Numbered from the stretch's first letter, positions 54,050-63,686 are shown. The stretch is 64,000 nt of DNA from Longimicrobiales bacterium (GCA_035764935.1 DASTYK010000162.1:6207-70206); one strand, 5' to 3'. Made by a program: numbers and translations. Notes: generated by a model not told the origin, from the letters alone.

Positions 54050-55591
54050 ATGACAGCCGGTTCGTGGCCGAAACCGACGCCGTTTGATCTGCAGGACGGT
54101 GTCGACGACGAGGTGTTATCGCTCCTGTTCGGCGGGCCGGACGCGGAGCTCGCGGGTGTGCTGCTGCTCGCCGCGCCGGGTGCGCGTGCGAACGGCTGGG
54201 CCGCCCGCACGGCGATCGCATTGGCGACGGCGTGGACGGAGCGATCGGGCACGGTCATCCTCGCCGACGCTTCCCTGGAGTCGCCCGAGCTGCACGGGTT
54301 CCTGGCGGAGCAGAACGGCGAGGGGGTCGCGGACGTGTTTCAGTTCGGCGCCTCGCTCCGGCGCGTGCGCCGCACGGTCGAAGGGTATCCCTTCGAGTTC
54401 ATCCCGGCGGGTGCGTACGTCCTCGATCCAGAGGGGGTGATGCGGCACGGCGCGTGGTCTCGACTGCTCGAGGACACGCTGTCGATCGGCCGTCGTCTCA
54501 TGGTGTACGCGACCGCGGGCGCGCCCGGTGTCGACGCCCTGGCCGAGCGGGTCGGCGCGGTGGTACTTCTCGCGGCCGCGGACGACGAGGTCGATCCGGA
54601 GCAGTTCAGCGCCGACCTGCGGGGGGTGCTCCAGCCATCGGCGGGCGGCGCGGCTGCGGATGCCGGGGCCCGCGTCGCGGCGCGACGCCCGGACGCGGAG
54701 TTCGAGCGGCTTCGTCTGCCGCAGGGCGAGGCGCGCGAGTCGCACATCGCCGACCTGCGCATGCAGCAGCGTGCGACGGTGCTCGGCCGGCCCACGGAGC
54801 AGGCAGACGCCGCTGCCGGTCGGACCGCGCCGCCATTGCCGACGGAGCGCGTCGTCCCCGTCGAGGCCGCGTCCGACCTGGAGCAGCCGGTGTTTCCGGA
54901 GCCGCCGGAACGCACGCGGTCCGGGCCCGGTGCGATGCTGCTGACCCTGCTCGTCGTGCTGCTGTTCAGCCTGTTGGCGGGAGCGTGGCACTTCTGGGGA
55001 CGCGATTGGCTTGCGTCGCGTCGCGATCCTGCGCCCATTGCGCCGGTCGACTCGGCCGTGGCGACACCGGCGCTGCCGGTTGCGAGCGGGCCGGTGCGGC
55101 CGCTGCCGCTGTCGGTCGCCATGGAGGCGTATACCAGTCTGCCGGCCGCACTCGAACGGCAGCGCGCGCTCACGGCGATCGAGCCGGACGTGGGCTTCCT
55201 GATCTCGCCGACGCTGGTGGACAGCACACTGTATTACCGCGTGTTCGCGGGCCCCATGCCTGACACGGCGTACGCCGACAGCGTTGCCGACCAGATGGTG
55301 CGCAACGGGCTTCGCAGCGGGCGCATCGACAACGACGTTCACGCGACGCCGCTCGCGTTCCTGGTAGCAGAGCTCGAGACGGACAGCGCCGCGCGTGAGC
55401 GGCAGACGGAGCTCGAGCAGCTCGACATCCCGACCTATATCGTGCGCATCGCCGCGGCGGACGGCGAGCGCTTCCGCGTGTACGCCGGTGCGTACAGCGG
55501 CCGCGGTGAAGCGGAGGTCATGCGACAGCTCCTGCGCAATGCCGGTGTGCAGGACTCACTCGTCACGAGAGTAGGCAGCAGCGCCCAATGA
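54050..55591 (+). CDS. Bitopic protein: N-terminal degenerate P-loop (BY-kinase/MinD-like) domain, one TM segment, tandem C-terminal SPOR domains
   Basis: 513-aa ORF. It follows a BY-kinase/MinD-like pattern (VLLLAAPGARANGWAARTAIALA...GTVILADASLESPELHGFL...NGEGVADVF...FEFIPAG) but has no GK[ST]. The TM segment is GAMLLTLLVVLLFSLLAGAWHFW. Two SPOR-like repeats are present (YYRVFAGPMPDTAYADSV; FRVYAGAYSGRGEAEVMRQLL). ATGA overlap with smc. Confidence 0.7.
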   Translation: MTAGSWPKPTPFDLQDGVDDEVLSLLFGGPDAELAGVLLLAAPGARANGWAARTAIALATAWTERSGTVILADASLESPELHGFLAEQNGEGVADVFQFGASLRRVRRTVEGYPFEFIPAGAYVLDPEGVMRHGAWSRLLEDTLSIGRRLMVYATAGAPGVDALAERVGAVVLLAAADDEVDPEQFSADLRGVLQPSAGGAAADAGARVAARRPDAEFERLRLPQGEARESHIADLRMQQRATVLGRPTEQADAAAGRTAPPLPTERVVPVEAASDLEQPVFPEPPERTRSGPGAMLLTLLVVLLFSLLAGAWHFWGRDWLASRRDPAPIAPVDSAVATPALPVASGPVRPLPLSVAMEAYTSLPAALERQRALTAIEPDVGFLISPTLVDSTLYYRVFAGPMPDTAYADSVADQMVRNGLRSGRIDNDVHATPLAFLVAELETDSAARERQTELEQLDIPTYIVRIAAADGERFRVYAGAYSGRGEAEVMRQLLRNAGVQDSLVTRVGSSAQ

Positions 55592-58500
55592 AGCTTCGTC
55601 GTCTGGTACTGCAGGGATTCAAGTCGTTCGCGGATCGCACCGAGCTGCACTTCCACGAGGGCATCACGGCGATCGTCGGGCCGAACGGCTGCGGCAAGTC
55701 GAACGTGAGTGACGCGATCCGCTGGGTGCTGGGTGAGCAGCGCGCATCCGCGATCCGCGGCTCCAAGATGGAGGAGGCGATCTTCCAGGGCACGGTGCAG
55801 CGCAGGCCGCTGAACCGGGCGGAAGTGGCGCTCACCTTCGACAACGAGGAAGGGCGGCTGCCCGTCCCGCAGAGCGAGGTGGAGATCCGGCGCGTGGTCT
55901 TCCGGGAGGGCGGCAGCGACTACCTGCTCAACCGCCAGTCCGTTCGTCTGCGCGACATCTTCGACATCTGCCGTGACACGGGTCTGGGCGCGAACGCGTA
56001 CACCGTCATCGAGCAGGGCATGGTCGATCGTATCCTGTCCGACCGCCCCGATGATCGTCGGCACATGTTCGAGGAAGCGGCAGGGATCGGGCGCTACAAG
56101 GATCGTCGCAAGTCGGCACAGCGCCGTCTCGAGGCTGCCGAGGCCGACCTGGCACGCCTCGAGGACCTGGTCGCAGAAGTCGAGTCCAAGGTGCGCAGCC
56201 TGGCACGGCAGCGCGGCAAGGCGAAGCGCTACGAGGAGCTGCGCGCACGGCGTCTCGGCCTGGAGGTGACGGTCGCGCGCGCCGAGCTCGAGCAGGTGCG
56301 TGACACGATCGAGCGTACGACGACGCGGCTCGCGGGCATCGAGGAGGAGGACCCGTCTTCGCGCGCAGCGCTGAGCACGGCAGAGGCCGAGCTGGAGCGA
56401 CGTCGCCTGGAATCGACGGAAGCGAGCCGGCAGCGGAACGCGGCGGCGGCGCGTCTCGAGGAGCTGGCGCGGATGGTCGCGGAGCGCGAGCGCGAGATCG
56501 CGATTGCGGATGAGCGCCGGGCGCACGCGGAGCGCAGGCTCGAGCAGATCGCAGCCGAGCGTGGCGACCGGACAGCGCGGCTGCAGGCGCTCGAGAGCGA
56601 GCTGCAGTCGCTGCAGACGGAGCATGCGGGGCAGCAGGGCATCGTCGAGTCGCTGAGCGGTCGTGTCGCGGAGGTGCAGGAGCGGCAGGCTGCGCTTCGC
56701 CAGGAGGTCACGGACGTGCGTCGCGCCGACGAGGAGGCGCGCGCGCACGAGGCCGAGCTCACGCGGACGCTCGCGCGGCTGGAGGCCGACGCGGGCGGCG
56801 CGGAGGCACGCGCGAATGACGCGCTGAACCGCCTCGAGGAGCTGGAGCTCGAGCGCGACGAGCTGAGCGCCGAGCTGAGCCGGCTGGACGATCAGGGCGA
56901 CCTGTTTGCCGAGCAGACGCGCACGCTGGGCTCCCAGCTCGACACGCTGCGCGCGCAGCATGCGGCCGCCGAGGAAGAGCTGCAGGTGCTGCGGCGCGCC
57001 GAGCAGGAGGCGCGCGAGGCGCTGGCCGCCGCGGATGCGGAGGCGAGCCGACTGGCATCCCAGGCCGCGGCGCTCGAGACGCTCGAGCGCGAGCACCACG
57101 GCTTTGCACCGATCGTCGCTGCGGCGATGGACGCCAGTGGTGAGCTGACGGGTGTGCTCGGCCCGGTCGCCGAGTTCCTGCGGCTTCCCGCCGAGCGGGC
57201 GTCCAGTGTCGAGAGTGCGCTGAACTCGCTGCTGCAGGCACTCGTCGTCAAGGATCCGGACGCGCGACAGCGCTTCCGCGACTGGTTCGCCGCGCAGGAG
57301 AACCGGCACGGCACGGTGGCGCTGTTGCCGCAGGACGCGCTGCCCCGGCTCGAGGCACTGCTCGACGTCATCGAGTTCGTCGGAGAGCCGGCAGCGGAGC
57401 CCGTGCTGATCGGGCGTCGCGAGCGACTGCGCGAACGGCTCGCCGCGGCAGAAACCGCGGAAGCGGAGCGCACGCGCCGGGCGGACGCGCGCACCGAAGC
57501 CGCCGAGGCAGTGGCCGCGGCCGAGATGGCACTGCGTGAGCTCAAGTCGCGTGTCGATGCGGTCGAGCTGGACCTGCGGCGCGCGAGCGCGGACGAGGCG
57601 AACCGCTCCGGTCAGCATCTGCGGGTCACGCGCGCCCGTGAGGAGCTGGAGCGCCGGCGCGCGGAGCTGCTGGGGCACATCGAGAAGTCGCGCAGCGACG
57701 CCGAGCAGATGCGGGCACAGCGCGCCGGTCTCGAGGAGCAGCTCCTCGCACACCGCGCCGGCTGGCAGGAAGCCACGCAGACACTCTCGGAGCGCGAGGA
57801 GGCCTGGGAGCAGGTGCGCGACGAGGAGGCCGAGCTGCGGGTGGCGCATGCACGTGCGGAAGGTGCGCTCAGCGCGCTCGAGCGCCGGCTGGCGGCCGCG
57901 CGCGAGGAGCAGGTGCAGATCGGCCAGCGGCTGGAGTCGCTGGAGCGCGAAGAGGCGGAGCACCGCGACAGCCTGACGCAGCTCGGCGCGCGACGCGCCG
58001 AGGCGGCCGAGCGGCTGGAAGAGATGTTCGCCCAGCGCGACGAGGTTGCCGTGGAGCTGCGCGGGCTGGACGATGCGCTCGCGGAGGCGGCCGACAGCGC
58101 GGTGGAGCTGGAGACGCAGGTGCGCAGCCTCCGGCGCGCCGCCGACGAGCGGAGCGAGCTGCGCCATCGGCTCGAGATCCAGCGCACGGAAGCACAGGCT
58201 GCGGAGCGCCGCGTGCGCGAGCGCCTGGAGGCGGAGTGGGGCCGATCGTTCGAGGAGCTGATGGAGGAGGCGGAGATCGTCGATGGCGACCCGGATGTGC
58301 TGCGCGCCGAGTTGCAGGCGATCGGTGCAGACATCGAGCGCCTCGGGCCGATCAACATGCTCGCCGTCGAGGAGCACGCCGAGGAGAGCCAGCGGCTCGA
58401 GTTCCTGCAGACGCAGCGCGACGACCTGACGAGGGCGCGTGACGACCTGCAGTCGGCGATCCGGCAGATCAACCGCACGGCAAAGGAGCTGTTCCAGCAG

Positions 58501-58980
58501 ACATTCGAGCAGATCCGGCAGAACTTCCAGAAGACGTTCACCACGCTCTTCGAGGGCGGCGAGTGCGACATCCGCCTGGAAGATCCGGAGGATCCGCTGG
58601 AGTCGCCGATCGATATCGCCGCATCGCCGCGGGGCAAGCGCACGCAGCGCATCCACCTGCTGTCCGGTGGTGAGCGCGCGCTGACCGCGCTGGCGCTGCT
58701 GTTCGCGATCTACCTGGTCAAGCCGAGTCCCTTCTGCGTGCTCGACGAGGTCGATGCACCACTCGATGAAGCGAACATCGGCCGCTTCATCGCGATGCTG
58801 AAGGAGTTCAAGCAGACGACGCAGTTCATCGTCATCACGCACAATCCGAGGACCATGGAAAGCGCCGACTGGCTGTACGGCGTGACCATGGAGGACCCGG
58901 GCATCAGCAGCATCGTCGGCGTCAAGCTCGACGAGGTGCTGGCCGGTGCAGCAAACGGAAACGGGAGCGTCGTCGGGTGA
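55588..58980 (+). CDS. smc: Chromosome partition protein Smc
   Basis: 1130-aa ORF. Motifs: MKLRRLVLQGFKSFADRTELHF..GITAIVGPNGCGKSN, long coiled coils, a hinge (GVLGPVAEFL), signature LSGGERALTALALLFA, Walker B FCVLDEVDAPLD. Confidence 0.95.
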   Translation: MKLRRLVLQGFKSFADRTELHFHEGITAIVGPNGCGKSNVSDAIRWVLGEQRASAIRGSKMEEAIFQGTVQRRPLNRAEVALTFDNEEGRLPVPQSEVEIRRVVFREGGSDYLLNRQSVRLRDIFDICRDTGLGANAYTVIEQGMVDRILSDRPDDRRHMFEEAAGIGRYKDRRKSAQRRLEAAEADLARLEDLVAEVESKVRSLARQRGKAKRYEELRARRLGLEVTVARAELEQVRDTIERTTTRLAGIEEEDPSSRAALSTAEAELERRRLESTEASRQRNAAAARLEELARMVAEREREIAIADERRAHAERRLEQIAAERGDRTARLQALESELQSLQTEHAGQQGIVESLSGRVAEVQERQAALRQEVTDVRRADEEARAHEAELTRTLARLEADAGGAEARANDALNRLEELELERDELSAELSRLDDQGDLFAEQTRTLGSQLDTLRAQHAAAEEELQVLRRAEQEAREALAAADAEASRLASQAAALETLEREHHGFAPIVAAAMDASGELTGVLGPVAEFLRLPAERASSVESALNSLLQALVVKDPDARQRFRDWFAAQENRHGTVALLPQDALPRLEALLDVIEFVGEPAAEPVLIGRRERLRERLAAAETAEAERTRRADARTEAAEAVAAAEMALRELKSRVDAVELDLRRASADEANRSGQHLRVTRAREELERRRAELLGHIEKSRSDAEQMRAQRAGLEEQLLAHRAGWQEATQTLSEREEAWEQVRDEEAELRVAHARAEGALSALERRLAAAREEQVQIGQRLESLEREEAEHRDSLTQLGARRAEAAERLEEMFAQRDEVAVELRGLDDALAEAADSAVELETQVRSLRRAADERSELRHRLEIQRTEAQAAERRVRERLEAEWGRSFEELMEEAEIVDGDPDVLRAELQAIGADIERLGPINMLAVEEHAEESQRLEFLQTQRDDLTRARDDLQSAIRQINRTAKELFQQTFEQIRQNFQKTFTTLFEGGECDIRLEDPEDPLESPIDIAASPRGKRTQRIHLLSGGERALTALALLFAIYLVKPSPFCVLDEVDAPLDEANIGRFIAMLKEFKQTTQFIVITHNPRTMESADWLYGVTMEDPGISSIVGVKLDEVLAGAANGNGSVVG

Positions 58981-59021
58981 CGATGACTCTCCGGTACACT
59001 CGTCGTCCTGTGCTCTGAGAC

Positions 59022-60008
59022 ATGGCCAACTACATCCTGACCGGCGCCGCAGGCTTCATCGCATCCCGCGTGGCAGACCAGCTGCTCGCACGCGGGGACC
59101 GCGTGATCGGCGTCGACAACCTCAATGATGCATACGATGTACGGCTGAAGCACTGGCGGCTGCGCAACCTGCAGGGCCGTGACGGCTTCAGCTTTCACGA
59201 GCTCGACATCTGCGACCGCAGCGGCGTCGAGCGGCTGTTTCGCGATGCAGCGGACGAGGGGCCGATCGACGGCGTGATCAACCTGGCGGCACGGGCCGGC
59301 GTGCGGCAGTCAGTGGAAAATCCCTGGGTCTACATCGAGACCAATACGACGGGCACGCTGAACCTGCTCGAGCTGTGCGTGAAGCACGACGTCGGGAAGT
59401 TCATGCTGGCATCGACGTCGAGCCTCTATGGCACGGAGAATCCGCGCCCGTACAGTGAGGACGCGGACACCAACCGCCCGCTCTCGCCCTATGCTTCCTC
59501 GAAGAAGGCGGCCGAGGCGCTTTGCTACACGTACCACTACCTGTACCAGATCGACGTCTCCATCTGCCGCTACTTCACGGTGTACGGCCCCGCAGGCCGG
59601 CCGGACATGAGCCTGTTCCGGTTCGTGCAGTGGATCAGTGAAGGGAAGCCCGTCACCGTGTTCGGGGACGGCAGGCAGGAGCGGGACTTCACGTACGTCG
59701 ACGACGTGGCGCGGGGAACGATCGCCTCGATGCGGCCGCTCGGTTACGAGATCATCAACCTCGGCTCCGATGAGCCGGTGGTGCTCGCGGACGCCGTGCG
59801 ACTGGTCGAGGAGTATACCGGCAGGCAGGCGAACATCGTGAATCAGCCGCGTCATCCGGCGGACGTGCTGGCGACGTGGGCCGACATCAACAAGGCGGGC
59901 CGGTTGCTCGAGTGGCGGCCGCAGACCAGCTTCGCACAGGGCGTACGCAACCTGGTCGACTGGTACAACGAGAACCGCGAGTGGGCGCGCGAGATCCGGA
60001 CGGATTGA
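59022..60008 (+). CDS. NAD-dependent nucleotide-sugar epimerase (UDP-glucuronate 4-epimerase-like SDR)
   Basis: 328-aa ORF. Motifs: ILTGAAGFIASRV, STSSLYG, YASSKKAAE (YxxxK). Confidence 0.85.
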   Translation: MANYILTGAAGFIASRVADQLLARGDRVIGVDNLNDAYDVRLKHWRLRNLQGRDGFSFHELDICDRSGVERLFRDAADEGPIDGVINLAARAGVRQSVENPWVYIETNTTGTLNLLELCVKHDVGKFMLASTSSLYGTENPRPYSEDADTNRPLSPYASSKKAAEALCYTYHYLYQIDVSICRYFTVYGPAGRPDMSLFRFVQWISEGKPVTVFGDGRQERDFTYVDDVARGTIASMRPLGYEIINLGSDEPVVLADAVRLVEEYTGRQANIVNQPRHPADVLATWADINKAGRLLEWRPQTSFAQGVRNLVDWYNENREWAREIRTD

Positions 60009-60766
60009 GCACCGGGCTCACCGTCGTCGGCTGCGGTACCGCGGCGCTTGACGGTGAGCGCGTCTGTTCCGGGTACCTCGTGGAGGCGGAACACACGGTT
60101 CTCCTCCTGGACTGCGGCCCCGGCATCGTCTACAGCCTTGCCCGGCATCGGCTGCCGTGGCAGCGCCTCACGCACCTTGCCCTCACACACTTCCACACGG
60201 ACCACATCGGCGACGTCCCGGCGCTGCTGTTCGCGCTGCAGTACGGGATGTATCCGCCGCGCGAAGAGCCGCTGACGATCATCGGACCGCGCGGAACACG
60301 CCGGCGGCTGCAGGCGATGAGCCGCGCGTTCGGTGACTACGTCACGCACGCGTCCTTCGGCGTGAACGTGTGCGAGATCGTGCCGGGCGGCTCAGTTCAC
60401 GCAGGCGGGGTGGAGCTGAGCGTCACACGAACACCACACACGGAGCACTCGATCGCGTACCGCGTCCGCTCGGCCGATTGCACGATCGGCTACACCGGCG
60501 ATACCGGGCCGTCTGCCGACGTTGCCGACTTCCTGCACGGCGTGGACGACCTGGTCGCGGAGTGCTCCGTACCGGACGAGCAGGCCATGGACATTCACCT
60601 GACGCCCTCGTCGCTCGCGGTACTCGCGCTGCGCGCGCAGCCACGGCGCCTGGTGGTGACCCATGTCTATCCGCACCTCGAGCGCAGCACGGTACCGGAG
60701 CAGCTGCGTGCACACGGCTGGGAGGGCCGCACGGTCGTGGCGGCCGATGGAATGAGACTACGATGA
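60005..60766 (+). CDS. MBL-fold metallo-hydrolase (RNase Z / beta-lactamase-like)
   Basis: In-frame TTG with a TTGA overlap with the epimerase stop. Motifs: LTVVGCGTA...LLLDCGPG...LTHFHTDHIGD (HxHxDH). Confidence 0.7.
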   Translation: MSTGLTVVGCGTAALDGERVCSGYLVEAEHTVLLLDCGPGIVYSLARHRLPWQRLTHLALTHFHTDHIGDVPALLFALQYGMYPPREEPLTIIGPRGTRRRLQAMSRAFGDYVTHASFGVNVCEIVPGGSVHAGGVELSVTRTPHTEHSIAYRVRSADCTIGYTGDTGPSADVADFLHGVDDLVAECSVPDEQAMDIHLTPSSLAVLALRAQPRRLVVTHVYPHLERSTVPEQLRAHGWEGRTVVAADGMRLR

Positions 60767-60785
60767 GCAGCACGGAGCCACACGC

Positions 60786-61916
60786 ATGAGCAGGGAAGCA
60801 GTCCAGCGCGTGCCGCTCCTCGACCTGCGCGCGCAGTACGCATCGCTGCGCGACGACGTCGAGGAGGCAATCAGGCGCGTTGTGGAATCGCAGCATTTCA
60901 TCCTCGGGCCCGAGGTCGACGCGCTGGAGCGCGAGATGGCCGACTATTGCGGCACCGCGCACGCTGTCGGCGTATCGTCGGGCACGGATGCGCTGCTCGT
61001 CGCGCTCATGGCGCTGGGTGTGCGGCCCGGTGATGAGGTGATCACCTCGCCGTTCACGTTCTTTGCGACCGCCGGCACCGTTGCACGGCTCGGCGCACGC
61101 ACCGTCTTCGTGGACATCGACCCGGACACGTTCAACATCGACCCGGCACGCGTCGAGGCGGCGCTTTCTCCACGGACGAAAGCGATCATCCCCGTGCACC
61201 TGTTCGGCAGGCTCGCGGACATGGATACCGTGATGCAGGTTGCGCGCGGCGCGGGTGTGGCGGTGGTGGAGGACGCGGCGCAGGCGATCGGTGCTCGGGA
61301 CGGCGCCGGCCGACGCGCAGGAGCGATCGGCGACATCGGCGCCTTCTCGTTCTTCCCGAGCAAGAACCTGGGTGCCTTCGGCGACGCCGGCATGGTCACG
61401 ACATCGGACGGGTCGCTCGACCGGCTGTTGCGCCAGTTGCGCGTCCACGGCATGGAGCCCAAGTACTTCCACAGCATGGTTGGCGGCAATTTCCGGCTGG
61501 ACGCGCTGCAGGCGGCTGTGCTGCGGGTCAAGCTGCGTCACCTCGATGCGTGGCACGAAGCGCGTCGTCGCAATGCCGCACGCTACCGCGAGCTCTTCGC
61601 GCAGGCGGACCTCGAGCAGGTCACGCTTCCCGGGGACGTGCCCGGGCACATCTACAACCAGTTCGTGATCCGCGTGCCCGACCGTGATGCTCTGCGGGAC
61701 CACCTGACGGCGGATGCAATCGGCACGGAGGTCTACTACCCGCTGCCGTTGCACATGCAGGAGTGCTTCGCCGACCTGGGCTATCGCGCGGGCGATTTTG
61801 CGCACGCGGAGCGCGCCGCGCACGAAGTGCTCGCGCTGCCGATCTACCCCGAGCTGGAGGACGTCGCGCTGCAGCGGGTGGTCGCGTCGATCGAGGACTT
61901 CTACGCCACGCGCTGA
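60786..61916 (+). CDS. DegT/DnrJ/EryC1/StrS-family sugar aminotransferase
   Basis: 376-aa ORF. Motifs: VPLLDLRAQY, FILGPEV..LE.E.A.YCG, SFFPSKNLGAFGDAG (PLP Lys), YYPLPLH. Confidence 0.9.
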   Translation: MSREAVQRVPLLDLRAQYASLRDDVEEAIRRVVESQHFILGPEVDALEREMADYCGTAHAVGVSSGTDALLVALMALGVRPGDEVITSPFTFFATAGTVARLGARTVFVDIDPDTFNIDPARVEAALSPRTKAIIPVHLFGRLADMDTVMQVARGAGVAVVEDAAQAIGARDGAGRRAGAIGDIGAFSFFPSKNLGAFGDAGMVTTSDGSLDRLLRQLRVHGMEPKYFHSMVGGNFRLDALQAAVLRVKLRHLDAWHEARRRNAARYRELFAQADLEQVTLPGDVPGHIYNQFVIRVPDRDALRDHLTADAIGTEVYYPLPLHMQECFADLGYRAGDFAHAERAAHEVLALPIYPELEDVALQRVVASIEDFYATR

Positions 61917-62004
61917 ACGGCGGCTGCTTTACGCCGTCGCGGACCACCGCTAGCTTCCGGGAGGCGCGTCCCACGCGCCGCTTACTCCTTCGTGAGCCGG
62001 AAGT

Positions 62005-63048
62005 ATGCTGGTCGTCATGAGTAACAGCGCGGCGGAGGCCGACGTCCGCCGGGTCATCGACGTCATCCGCGAGATGGGCTACGAGGCCCGACCGATCCCG
62101 GGGCGCCAGCGCACCGCGATCGGGTTGATCGGCAATGACGGCAAGGTGGATGGCGCCCGCCTCGAGGGCCTGCCCAATGTCCTGCAGGTCATCCACGTCA
62201 CGCAGCCGTACAAGCAGGTTTCGCGTGAATGGCGCCAGGAGCCGACCATTGTCGAGCTCGCCAACGGCACGCGCATCGGCGGCGACGAGGTCGTGCTGAT
62301 GGCCGGGCCGTGCTCGGTCGAGTCACTCGAGCAGATCGTCGGCATCGCGCACCGGCTCCGGCAGAGCGGGGCAACCGTGCTGCGCGGCGGCGCGTTCAAG
62401 CCGCGCACCTCGCCGTACGCATTCCAGGGACTTGGTGTCGAGGGGCTTCGCATGCTCGCGCGGGCACGTGAGGAGAGCGGACTGGCCATCGTCACCGAGG
62501 CGCTGGAGACGGAAACGGTAGACGTGGTCGCGGAGTACGCCGACATCATCCAGATCGGCGCGCGCAACATGCAGAACTATCCGCTGCTCCGACGCGCCGG
62601 TCGTACGGGCAGGCCGATTTTGCTCAAGCGCGGCCTTTCCGCCACCATCAAGGAGTTGCTGCTCAGCGCCGAGTACATCCTCGCGGAAGGCAATGAGCAG
62701 GTCATCCTCTGCGAGCGCGGCATCCGCTCCTTCGACGACCAGACCCGCAACCTGCTCGACCTGAGCGCCATCCCCGTGGTGAAGGCGCTCTCGCACCTGC
62801 CCATCATCGCGGACCCGAGCCATGGGACGGGCATCCGCGCGAAGGTGACGCCGATGGCGCGTGCGGCGGTCGCAGCGGGCGCCGACGGCCTGCTGATCGA
62901 GGTGCATCCGGACCCCGATCGCGCACTCTCCGACGGCGCCCAGTCGCTCTGGCCGGAGCAGTTCGACGAGCTGGTCGAACAGGTCGGCGGGATCGCCGAC
63001 GCGATCGGCCGCCGGCTCGCCGCGCCGATCGCAAAGCTGGCGGTCTGA
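62005..63048 (+). CDS. 3-deoxy-7-phosphoheptulose (DAHP) synthase, type I-beta, with an N-terminal ferredoxin/ACT-like regulatory domain
   Basis: 347-aa ORF. The first ~75 aa form a small alpha/beta module ([31 protein letters not shown]). The core follows: [47 protein letters not shown]. Confidence 0.85.
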   Translation: MLVVMSNSAAEADVRRVIDVIREMGYEARPIPGRQRTAIGLIGNDGKVDGARLEGLPNVLQVIHVTQPYKQVSREWRQEPTIVELANGTRIGGDEVVLMAGPCSVESLEQIVGIAHRLRQSGATVLRGGAFKPRTSPYAFQGLGVEGLRMLARAREESGLAIVTEALETETVDVVAEYADIIQIGARNMQNYPLLRRAGRTGRPILLKRGLSATIKELLLSAEYILAEGNEQVILCERGIRSFDDQTRNLLDLSAIPVVKALSHLPIIADPSHGTGIRAKVTPMARAAVAAGADGLLIEVHPDPDRALSDGAQSLWPEQFDELVEQVGGIADAIGRRLAAPIAKLAV

Positions 63049-63068
63049 AGCGGCAAGAGCGCAGCAGC

Positions 63069-63509
63069 CTACAGACTGCGGTGCTCCACCATCGAGCAGC
63101 GGTCCTGCACCACCTTGATTCCGGCGGCAGCCCAGCGGGCTGCCGCTTCGTCGTTGCGGATCCCGAGCTGCAGCCAGACCGCGTCCGGCTTCTTCTCGAG
63201 GATCTCGTCCACGTGCTTTGCCACGTCGCCGGACCGGCGGAACACCACCACGAGATCGATGTCCCCGGGGATGTCCGTCAGCCTGCGGTAGACGCGCTCA
63301 CCGAGGATCGTGGTGACCTCCGGGTAGTACACGGGCACCGGGACGATCTCGTAGCCGGCGCCCTGCAGGTAACGGGGCACATAGAACGCCGGCGCCGTCG
63401 CGCGGTCCTCCGGCTTGATGCCGATGATCGCCACCCGCTTCGCCGAGCGGAGCACGTCCCGCATCCCTTCCGTCGTCGTGATCAGGTTCTCGTTCGCCTG
63501 TGTCGCCAC
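63069..63509 (-). CDS. CoA-binding domain protein (YccU/YneT-like)
   Basis: 146-aa ORF. Motifs: VAIIGIKPEDRATAPAFYVPRYLQGAGYEIVPVP, VVFRRS, VWLQLG. Confidence 0.8.
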   Translation of the reverse strand: MATQANENLITTTEGMRDVLRSAKRVAIIGIKPEDRATAPAFYVPRYLQGAGYEIVPVPVYYPEVTTILGERVYRRLTDIPGDIDLVVVFRRSGDVAKHVDEILEKKPDAVWLQLGIRNDEAAARWAAAGIKVVQDRCSMVEHRSL

Positions 63510-63522
63510 TGCTCACCTCGGG

Positions 63523-63551
63523 TTGACCCATTTCGTTGCTGCAGTTAGCTT
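63523..63551 (+). promoter_or_regulatory. Candidate promoter of the SRP RNA gene
   Basis: TTGACC (63523-63528), a 17-nt spacer, then TAGCTT (63546-63551). The -10 hexamer is the same as in the tRNA-Gln promoter candidate. Confidence 0.35.
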
Positions 63552-63557
63552 TGATGC

Positions 63558-63668
63558 AAGAACGTCGCCCCAGGAAACGTAGGGCGCGAGCTCACGAACC
63601 CCGTCAGGGCCCCGCAGGCAGCAGCGGTAAGTGACGTGAGCGTCGCTACGGATTTCCTGGGGCGATTT
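63558..63668 (+). ncRNA. ffs: Signal recognition particle RNA (small 4.5S-type), ends approximate
   Basis: There is a long imperfect hairpin. TCGCCCCAGGAAACGTAG (63565-63582) pairs with CTACGGATTTCCTGGGGCGA (63646-63665). The internal GUCAGGGCC...AGGCAGCAGCGGUAAGUGACG resembles the conserved domain IV of E. coli 4.5S RNA (GUCAGGUCCGGAAGGAAGCAGCCAAGG...GACG). It occupies the classic position directly upstream of dnaX. Confidence 0.65.
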
Positions 63669-63686
63669 CTATGCTGTAGCCTCGGG

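Noticed and set aside
55435-58842. A 1135-aa ORF antisense to smc, almost as long as smc itself (1130 aa).
   Set aside because: It has no recognisable motifs and an extreme Arg/Leu/Ala/Gln composition. That composition simply mirrors the reverse complement of the GAG/CTG/CGC/GCG-rich coiled-coil codons of smc. At ~70% GC, stop codons are rare in antisense frames. smc has unambiguous SMC head, hinge and signature motifs, so the sense gene explains the locus.
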